Of a DNA stretch of 64,000 bases, positions 56,746 to 64,000 are shown one piece after another. A program made the position numbers and the translations under genes. The stretch is from an uncultured bacterium. GTDB lineage: Bacteria > Babelota > Babeliae > Babelales > Babelaceae. The stretch's first letter is position 1; the number at the start of each line of letters is the position of its first letter. The stretch lies in contig CAWFXL010000001.1 of NCBI GenBank assembly GCA_963819815.1, positions 1,408,001 through 1,472,000 of the forward strand, in the 5' to 3' direction. The notes beneath the pieces are model-generated. The model searched no databases and had not been told where the DNA came from. It was given only the letters and a program-made list of their open reading frames with translations.

Positions 56746-59337
56746 ATGATAATACTTGCTTTCATTGTTCTATCATTATGTTCGCTTATCGAAGGTGCTC
56801 CACAATACGTTGTTTCTAAAGTCAAAATCAAAAGCTCCCTGTTAGGGAAAGATCGTTTTATACCCCACTATCTTCATGAAGCGGGTGACTATTTTGATGA
56901 AGCTCAACACAAAAGATCTCTTCTTCTTCTACAGCAGGAGCTTCGTGATGATGGGTATCTGAGAGCTTCAGTGAAAGATGCTCTTACTAAGGATGAGCTG
57001 AGTAAGACTATTTCGGTATTTTTACAGCTTGATCCTGGTAAGAGATTTACAGTATCTGCTGTTAAGGTTACTAGTATAGGCAGTCTTTTAACCACTACTG
57101 ACGAAACTCTTAATCGAGATATGCATGCCTTGCTTGAACCTCTAGTGGGTTCTTTTGCAGAACGGAAGACTATCAATGAGTATGGCAAACGGCTTCATAC
57201 TTTACTGATCCGCAAGGGGTATGTGAAGCCAGTCATAGAACTTACAGAAATAGATCATGAAGAAAGCGCGCAGGTTGAGCTAAGCTATACTATAACGTCT
57301 TCAGAACGGCATGAGTTTCGTTTTGTAGGGAACCAATTTTTTAGCACGACAGAATTACTCGATGATCTTCTTTCTTTGCTTGAGGAAGGGATCTCCTTGC
57401 CTCCAGCATTGATCGCACAGGATATTCAAGATCTCTATAAGAAAAAGGGCTTTATACAAGCAAAAGTGCATTGGCAGGAGGATGCAGAATTAGTCACGTT
57501 TTTTATCGCAGAAGGAGAAAGGCATACGGTTGGCAATGTTATGATCATGGAAGAATTTACCGATGGAAAATCGCTTGCTGTGCTTACGAGCCTCGAGGCT
57601 GCTCTTATAAAACTGCCTGCGTATGATGAAGAGCAAATTGATCTTCTTTTTAATAAAGCCTCAGTGGCTCTTGCAGATCTTGGATACTGGCACCTTGTCC
57701 TTGATAAAGAAGTAACCCGTGCAAAGGATGCAGCCAAGATGGACCTTCTGATTTCTATTACTCAGGCGGATACTGAAGGATCACCGAAGTGCATGATGGT
57801 GACGCAGGTAAGTATTCCCGGGTATGAGGAGCTCCTTTTCCAAGGACCCTTTGCTGAGTGGCAGATGCTCAAAGAACCCTGTTGTGTAAAACCTTCAGAT
57901 ATAGATGTGCAAAGGCGTTGGCTTATGAGCTTTATCAAAGGTAAAGGGTACCAGTCGGCGCATATTTTCTATGAGGTTGATAAAGATCTTAGGATGATCT
58001 GGAAAATAGAGGATCTTGAGGGACCTGTGCGATTTGGGCCAGTCGAGATATTGGGCCTTCATAAAATGAAGCCCTTTATTGTACGCAGAGAGTTGTGTTT
58101 TAAAGAAGGGGACATTTTTGATAGACAGAAGATTGATGCTTCAGTAAAGCGCCTACAGGGCTTACATATGTTTGAATCGATCACCTTTCACCCAGAGGAG
58201 ACGGTTGAGAAGACGCAGAAGGGTGAGACTCAGCTCATAAAACCTATGCTTATTAAGTGTTGTGAAGATGACCCTTATGAAGTGCTCACCCGTTTTGGTC
58301 TTCAGTTTGTCAGTAAGAGCTTTACGAACGTGTCTTGGACAACCTGGAAGCTTGGGGGCTCTTTTATTTGGAAGAATCCTACAGGCTATGCTGATCGGCT
58401 TATGCTTGATGCTGATTGGACAAGGTATACCTTAAATCTTTCTGCAGGCTATGAGCTCCCCTGGTTAGGCCCATGGCGGATTCGAACTCTAGCGAAGGTA
58501 TACAGTGATCGGTTTGATCAACCCCTTGTTGCAAACAGGAATCATCGGCTGTATAAAGAAGCACATGATGGGTTTAGCTTGACCTTTAACTATCAACATC
58601 CTTGGTGGGTAACCTGTGTACGTACAGGTTTTGAGCTTAATAAACTCTCGGGGATTTCTCATGAGTTAGCACGAGTTATTCAATTTGAACCTAGGTTAGT
58701 AGACCAGAGGATTCCTTACTTCTATTGTGAACCATCGGTAACCTTCGAGCATTTTGATAATAAAGCTGATCCTTCTCGAGGCTTCTTTTCAACCTTTTCA
58801 CTCAAAGCCATGGTTCCGCCAACGGTTACTGATGGCTGGTTTGTAAAAGCAGCACTTGAGCAGTCACTGTTTTATCCACTGTATAATTCGGTTATTGGTG
58901 CAGTACGGTGGCGTGTTGGGCATATCTTTAATGCTAAGTTCAGTACAATTTTGCCCACTGAGCGATTCTATTTGGGAGGTGCAAACTCATTACGCGGTTA
59001 TGAGACGAACATGGTCCCCCCTTTAAATGATGTTACCTGCGATGGACGATGTATCTGGGTACCTGTTGGTGGTAAAACAATGGCAAACGTTAATGCAGAG
59101 GTACGATTTCCCCTCTACAAACGGTTAAGTGGTGTGGTCTTTACTGATATGGGTATTCTTACACAAGATAAATTTGCCGATATTGCTGCTAATAAGTGGC
59201 TCGGTGCCTCAGGGATAGGTCTAAGATTTGCTTCACCGATTGGCCCTGTTCGTTTTGATATCGGTTGGAAGTGGCATAAGCGAGATCCTCGAGATAAATC
59301 GTATGCCTTCTTCTTTACCCTTGGCCATGCTTTCTAA
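56746..59337 (+). CDS. Omp85 family outer-membrane protein (BamA/TamA-like) with POTRA domains
   Basis: POTRA-like repeats; ERFYLGGANSLRGY, SPIGPVRFDIG, C-terminal GHAF. Confidence 0.92.
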   Translation: MIILAFIVLSLCSLIEGAPQYVVSKVKIKSSLLGKDRFIPHYLHEAGDYFDEAQHKRSLLLLQQELRDDGYLRASVKDALTKDELSKTISVFLQLDPGKRFTVSAVKVTSIGSLLTTTDETLNRDMHALLEPLVGSFAERKTINEYGKRLHTLLIRKGYVKPVIELTEIDHEESAQVELSYTITSSERHEFRFVGNQFFSTTELLDDLLSLLEEGISLPPALIAQDIQDLYKKKGFIQAKVHWQEDAELVTFFIAEGERHTVGNVMIMEEFTDGKSLAVLTSLEAALIKLPAYDEEQIDLLFNKASVALADLGYWHLVLDKEVTRAKDAAKMDLLISITQADTEGSPKCMMVTQVSIPGYEELLFQGPFAEWQMLKEPCCVKPSDIDVQRRWLMSFIKGKGYQSAHIFYEVDKDLRMIWKIEDLEGPVRFGPVEILGLHKMKPFIVRRELCFKEGDIFDRQKIDASVKRLQGLHMFESITFHPEETVEKTQKGETQLIKPMLIKCCEDDPYEVLTRFGLQFVSKSFTNVSWTTWKLGGSFIWKNPTGYADRLMLDADWTRYTLNLSAGYELPWLGPWRIRTLAKVYSDRFDQPLVANRNHRLYKEAHDGFSLTFNYQHPWWVTCVRTGFELNKLSGISHELARVIQFEPRLVDQRIPYFYCEPSVTFEHFDNKADPSRGFFSTFSLKAMVPPTVTDGWFVKAALEQSLFYPLYNSVIGAVRWRVGHIFNAKFSTILPTERFYLGGANSLRGYETNMVPPLNDVTCDGRCIWVPVGGKTMANVNAEVRFPLYKRLSGVVFTDMGILTQDKFADIAANKWLGASGIGLRFASPIGPVRFDIGWKWHKRDPRDKSYAFFFTLGHAF

Positions 59338-59549
59338 TAGCCGAAATCCTCATAGGATCCGTATTTAGTTTGTTTGAAACATTATGGTGTTTTAAGCTAC
59401 ATCTTTAAAAAGGTCATCTAACGTAGCAACTCCCGTAACCAATTTTTCGCTGTACATGGTCTCTTTAAGGCCATATGCTGATAAAGGATAAGAATATTTG
59501 CTTTTTAACTTTCGTAGTTTGTTTAAACAGTTCAATTGAGCTGAGCATT

Positions 59550-59592
59550 TATTAAGTTCAACATATAGACCTGCTATACGTTGAACTTAATA
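59550..59592. terminator. Intergenic hairpin between convergent genes
   Basis: TATTAAGTTCAAC(A)TATAG-N5-CTATA(C)GTTGAACTTAATA. Confidence 0.5.
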
Positions 59593-59692
59593 ACTCGTTT
59601 GTATTCATTGCTGAACAAAAAAGTGAGCACTCTACGTGAGTGTATCATGACATTCAGTTAGGGGCAGTTTAATGTTGCTCTAACGAGTTGTC

Positions 59693-60676
59693 CTAGATGA
59701 CTCCAAGGCCCGGGTACCAAGCAGTGATGTTACCCGTGGGCAGGGAAGGGATTATCTCTTGATAGCCTTGGCCGTCTCTTTGATTTTCATAAAATGCAAG
59801 AAGATCATCAAGAGTGATCTCAATGGAAAGAGATGCTAAATCCTTTTTGCTCAATGGCGCATGGCACGTGGGGCACGTCAGACTGATTTGTTCAGGTCGT
59901 TTAGTGACAAAGCATCGCGACTTTGCAAGTCCAGTGAGGCATCTTTTGTGAAATCTATGTTTGCATTTCAGGACAACTTCCTCGGCTTCATCTAATAATG
60001 CCTGCTTTACATAAGGTGCCATTGATTGGTTATATAATGTGATCATCCCAGGTTCAGCAAGGAATGCTCTAAGGAGTATCGGAGTGATTTTATATTGCTG
60101 GGCGTTAGGAGTTGAAAACAGTTGCAGGTATTTTAACAGGGTAAGACGCTGAGCTTCTTCTAATTTAATTTGATTATCAAGTGATGCTCTTTCTTCATCG
60201 CTTAGTGATAAATGAGAATAAGCTGACTCAGTACGTCTCAGGTTAAGCTTGCTTAACCGCTCCTCACTGAGCCTTTGTGCTAGAGAAAATGCTTTGGTAA
60301 AAGCTTTAAAGCTTAATTTCTGCATCGTTTCTTCTGCAGCGTTTTCTTTTTGTAAGGCTGTTTGGTAAGACTCATTCACACCTGCCAGCTCTGCACGGAT
60401 TGCTTCTATCTGGTTTGCAGAAGTAGCCGAACTAAGTATCCTGGTGAGTTGTTGTCTGCGAGCACGGTACGTCTCTACTTCCTCCACATCTAAGACTTGA
60501 ATCCAAGAGGGGATGTCCCCCAGGCACATAGCGCCGCAGGTTCCAATATGCTCCTCTGCTTGAGCATGAACATTTTGTTCTTCAGTTCGAACAAGATCAT
60601 TTGATTGGGAGGCTGCCATAACTTCTAGCGATGGGAAGCTGAACAAAAAAACGAGCGCAATACGTGAGTATATCAT
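59693..60676 (-). CDS. Secreted protein with split RING-H2-like finger, copy 1
   Basis: Signal MIYSRIALVFLFSFPSLEVMA; CGAMC ... long helical region ... CKHRFHKRC ... CPTC. Confidence 0.8.
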   Translation of the reverse strand: MIYSRIALVFLFSFPSLEVMAASQSNDLVRTEEQNVHAQAEEHIGTCGAMCLGDIPSWIQVLDVEEVETYRARRQQLTRILSSATSANQIEAIRAELAGVNESYQTALQKENAAEETMQKLSFKAFTKAFSLAQRLSEERLSKLNLRRTESAYSHLSLSDEERASLDNQIKLEEAQRLTLLKYLQLFSTPNAQQYKITPILLRAFLAEPGMITLYNQSMAPYVKQALLDEAEEVVLKCKHRFHKRCLTGLAKSRCFVTKRPEQISLTCPTCHAPLSKKDLASLSIEITLDDLLAFYENQRDGQGYQEIIPSLPTGNITAWYPGLGVI

Positions 60677-60845
60677 GCGATTCCTTAATGTAGTGAGGAG
60701 GTGTGTATAAATTACTATTAGCAATAGCATACCACGGACAATGAAGTTAGCAATGAGAATATAATCGCGCAACGCCAGTTGAGCTTTTGGCATTCTTGCG
60801 AAATTTATGTATAGTTCATAGAAGATATAATCAAAGGATTACTTC

Positions 60846-61036
60846 ATGGCACATCAGAATACGAATATACCGGGTCCGGCAGAAGAACCAGATTTGCATC
60901 ACCGTCATCATGAAGGAAGTTTTGCAGCTGAGCTCATGTTCATGTACCCTATGCTCTATTTTCGGCAGCAGTTGGGATGATTATTTTAAGTTCCTACTAT
61001 ACTTCCCTCTGCGTATCACTTGGTCGATTGGCCCGT
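60846..61036 (+). pseudogene. Frameshifted 5' duplicate of the 62148 membrane protein gene
   Basis: ATGGCACATCAGAATACGAATATACC identical to the 62148 start; similarity continues with indels to TCACTTGGTCGATTGGCCCG. Confidence 0.85.
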
Positions 61037-61972
61037 TTTGTGATGGATTCTTTTGAACATATGCTTGAGCGCCATGCAGGCGAGTGAACCGAAGATTTCT
61101 CCGTTGGTCATTCCAAGAGAAAGCGATCTTATATCCTTTTCACTCAAAGATGCTCGGCACAGGGGACATGTAGGATGCTCAAAGGCGGAAGTGAATTGTG
61201 ATTTTGCATAATCGGCGAGACATTTTTTATGAAATTTATGCGTGCATTCAAGGAGAACTGCCCCGGCGGTATCTAAGGAGATCTGCAAGGCCTTCTTTAA
61301 ATGAGGTACAATTGATTCGTTATATATTCCGATCATTCCGTTTTCAGCAAGAAATGCTTTAAGCATCTGAGAGATGTTACTTTGTTGGGCGGTAGGATCT
61401 GAAAACAGTTGCAGGTGTTTTACTAAGGTAAGATACTGAGCTTCTTCTGCGGCAATTTGGCGAGCATGTGCTCTTTTTTCTTCATCGGTTAAGGTCTCAT
61501 CACTTCTCTTTTTAAGGTTGTTTAACCGCTCCTCAAGGGCCCTTTGTGCTAAAGAAAATACTTCGATCAAAGCTTTAACATCGCCTTTTTGCATCATTTC
61601 TTCGGCTACCTTTTCTTTTCGTACAGTCGCATGGTAAGACTCGGTCGTAGATACCAGCTCTTTACGTATTGCTTCTTGGTCCGCAGGAGCTGCCGCATTG
61701 CTAAGTAATTCGGTCAGTTGTTGTGTGCGAGCCTGGTACGTTTTCTCTAATGCTTCCACATCCAGTGTGATATCTTCAAAAACTTGAACCGTGAATGCCG
61801 ATGGTAAATTGGGAATATGATCGCGGCATATACTGCAGGTTGCGATCTGTTCTTCTGTCTGAGCACGAACTTCCTCAACCCGAACATGGGCATTTGATTG
61901 GGAGGCTCCCAGAGCCTCTAGTGGTAAAATGAGAATGAACAATAAAGTGAGAATTTTGCGTGAATGTAACAT
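61016..61972 (-). CDS. Secreted protein with split RING-H2-like finger, copy 2
   Basis: CSIC (C46, C49) ... CTHKFHKKC (C243, H245, H248, C251) ... CPLC (C269, C272). Confidence 0.82.
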   Translation of the reverse strand: MLHSRKILTLLFILILPLEALGASQSNAHVRVEEVRAQTEEQIATCSICRDHIPNLPSAFTVQVFEDITLDVEALEKTYQARTQQLTELLSNAAAPADQEAIRKELVSTTESYHATVRKEKVAEEMMQKGDVKALIEVFSLAQRALEERLNNLKKRSDETLTDEEKRAHARQIAAEEAQYLTLVKHLQLFSDPTAQQSNISQMLKAFLAENGMIGIYNESIVPHLKKALQISLDTAGAVLLECTHKFHKKCLADYAKSQFTSAFEHPTCPLCRASLSEKDIRSLSLGMTNGEIFGSLACMALKHMFKRIHHKTGQSTK

Positions 61973-62147
61973 GATATTTCCTTTTCTCTAAAAGGGGATT
62001 GCAAATTACTATTAGCAATAGCTTACCATGGATAATGAACTTAGCAATCAGAATATAAGCCTGCAACACCAGTTGAGCTTTTGGCATTCTTGCGAAATTT
62101 AGGTATAGTTCATAGAAGATATACTACATGACTCAAAGGATTACTTC

Positions 62148-62873
62148 ATGGCACATCAGAATACGAATATACCAAGCCCAGCAGATGAACCAAATTTACA
62201 TCATCACCATCATGATGAAGGAAGCTTTTCAGCTGAGTTGATGCATCATTTACCGTATGCTATATTTTCAGTGGCCGTTGGTATGATTATTTTAAGTCTG
62301 CTTGACTATAGTTCCGGATGGGCGTCACTTGGGCAATTAGCCCGCAAGGAAGCCTGCTCTGGGTATCATATGCTGTTTCATAGCTTTCACTTTCTGCATA
62401 TTTTGTTTGCAGCTACGGGTACCATCATCACCTTTTCACGATTTTCACATAGCTTTATTAAAGCATTGATCATTGGCATTATTTCGCCAACAATATTTTG
62501 TATGCTATCAGACGTGCTCCTTCCCTATCTTGCCGGCAGATTGATGGGCATCGATATGGAGCTCCATATCTGCTTCCATCGTGAATTTCAGAATGTTATA
62601 CCCTTTTTAGGGATCGGGGTTCTTAATGGAATGATTCTTCGGCAACATCATTCGGCTATGCTTCCGGTCTTTTCCCTAGGATCCCATGTTGCCCATATCC
62701 TCATAAGCTCCCTTGCTGGATTGTTCTATATGGTATCTCACGGTTTTGATAACTGGTACCCACAGATGGGTGTCCTCTATTTATTTTTAGTTATTGCCGT
62801 GGTCGTTCCTTGTACTTTGTCAGACGTAGTTGTTCCCATGTACTGGGCAGGCGTTAAACCGAAAAAAGCTTAA
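62148..62873 (+). CDS. His-rich polytopic membrane protein (possible metal transporter)
   Basis: N-terminal HHHHH, about six TM helices with intramembrane His (FHSFHFLH, SHVAH) and repeated LSDV. Confidence 0.65.
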   Translation: MAHQNTNIPSPADEPNLHHHHHDEGSFSAELMHHLPYAIFSVAVGMIILSLLDYSSGWASLGQLARKEACSGYHMLFHSFHFLHILFAATGTIITFSRFSHSFIKALIIGIISPTIFCMLSDVLLPYLAGRLMGIDMELHICFHREFQNVIPFLGIGVLNGMILRQHHSAMLPVFSLGSHVAHILISSLAGLFYMVSHGFDNWYPQMGVLYLFLVIAVVVPCTLSDVVVPMYWAGVKPKKA

Positions 62874-62893
62874 CCGTTCCTTCAAGGAGTTGT

Positions 62894-64000
62894 ATGCACC
62901 AGAAAAAATTTTATGTGACGACGCCCATTTACTATGTCACGGCAAAGCCCCATTTAGGTTCGCTCTACTCTACCTTATTAGCCGATGTTGCCGCGCGCTG
63001 GCATCGTCTTTCTGGAGAAAAGATTTTCTTTCTAACAGGTACCGATGAGCATGGCCAAAAGATTGCTCAAGCAGCAGATAAGGTGGGTAAGAAGCCTCAA
63101 GAGTTTGTTGATAGTTTTATTGATGCCTACAAAGATATATGGCATAAATACGATATCGCGTACACCTATTTTATGAGAACGACTGACCAGGCACATATCA
63201 AGGCGGTCCAAGAATGGATACGTGCGCTCATAAAAACAGGTGATATTTATAAATCGTACTATAGTGGCTTTTATTGCACTCCCTGTGAAACGTATGTTAC
63301 GAAGAGAGATGAAACCGTAGTGGTCTGTGAATCCTGTGGAAGAGAAACGATTGAAATAGCAGAAGAGTCGTACTTTTTTAGACTATCGGCGTACCAGGAC
63401 AGATTGCTAGCGTTCTATGCGGAACATCCTGATTTCATCGTGCCAAAAGAGCGGTCACATGAGGTAGTAAGTTTTGTACAAAGTGGTTTGAGAGATTTAA
63501 GTATTTCACGGACTACCGTGGCATGGGGTATTCCCTTTCCTGACGATGAGCAGCATGTTGTCTATGTCTGGGCAGATGCATTAAATAATTATATTACTGC
63601 CTTAGGTTATGCTCAAGAATCGAAAAAAGAGGAGTTTGCTTACTGGTGGCCTGCTGATTTGCAGGTGATGGGGAAAGATATTGTACGATTTCACGCAGTA
63701 TACTGGCCAGCATTTTTAATGGCTTCTCAACTACCCTTGCCTAAGCATTTATTGGTTCATGGCTGGCTTCAAGTAAATAAGCAAAAAATGTCGAAGTCTC
63801 TAGGCAACGCAGTTGATCCACAAGCGCTTTTAGATGCCTATGGTGCTGATGCCATACGCTATTATCTCATTCGATTCATGGCGATTACCCAAGATGCTGA
63901 GTTTAGTACTGATGATCTTGAGCAGCGAGTAAGCTCTGATCTAGCAAATGATCTGGGGAATTTATTACAGCGAGTAGTTACTCTTGCACAGCGTCGTGAA
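62894..64000 (+). CDS. metG: Methionine-tRNA ligase (partial, runs off the window)
   Basis: Not in the ORF track. AAGGAG RBS; KKFYVTTPIYYV..KPHLG, LTGTDEHGQK, YVWADAL, GKDIVRFH, KMSKSLGN. Confidence 0.97.
   Translation, partial: MHQKKFYVTTPIYYVTAKPHLGSLYSTLLADVAARWHRLSGEKIFFLTGTDEHGQKIAQAADKVGKKPQEFVDSFIDAYKDIWHKYDIAYTYFMRTTDQAHIKAVQEWIRALIKTGDIYKSYYSGFYCTPCETYVTKRDETVVVCESCGRETIEIAEESYFFRLSAYQDRLLAFYAEHPDFIVPKERSHEVVSFVQSGLRDLSISRTTVAWGIPFPDDEQHVVYVWADALNNYITALGYAQESKKEEFAYWWPADLQVMGKDIVRFHAVYWPAFLMASQLPLPKHLLVHGWLQVNKQKMSKSLGNAVDPQALLDAYGADAIRYYLIRFMAITQDAEFSTDDLEQRVSSDLANDLGNLLQRVVTLAQRRE

Noticed and set aside
60677..60793. N-terminal extension of the 59693 ORF and the similar 61875-62087 ORF (MPKAQL...)
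   Set aside because: Both come from the duplicated intergenic region; real starts with RBS and signal peptide are at 60676 and 61972
62948..62965. HLGS instead of HIGH in MetG (and in GltX)
   Set aside because: Within the known variation of class I synthetase signatures; other motifs are intact

Overview
A 64 kb bacterial chromosomal window (roughly low-40s % GC by eye). Its gene content suggests an obligate intracellular parasite of protists, most likely Candidatus Dependentiae/Babelota (TM6); this is an inference from content, not from a marker gene. Housekeeping genes (tmk, holB, murG, PBP1A, rnpB, gpsA, uppS, atpB/atpE, rbfA, rpsU, gltX, metG, Omp85) alternate with many signal-peptide-bearing orphan or eukaryote-like proteins (ankyrin-MYND, RING-like zinc fingers, WD40, Nudix). 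Highlights: (1) a 7 kb tandem array of 12 paralogous secreted hydrophobic-hairpin genes plus 2 remnants, with conserved flanks and a hypervariable central loop, followed co-directionally by an orphan and a signal-peptide-bearing homologue of mitochondrial ATAD3; (2) an F-type ATP synthase c subunit made of four fused hairpins (E/Q/E/D); (3) two duplicated RING-H2 proteins whose RING is split by a ~190-aa helical insert; (4) a cassette family with a shared N-terminus and swapped cargo, including a triple RING-like protein; (5) an archease-RtcB-2H phosphodiesterase RNA repair operon; (6) tandem HAM1/RdgB paralogues lacking the canonical specificity motifs; (7) unexplained non-coding structures (a three-way-junction element at 13.2 kb, a 55-bp-period palindromic array at 10.4 kb, a G-U-supported hairpin upstream of putP). 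No CRISPR array, rRNA, tRNA or transposase was recognised.
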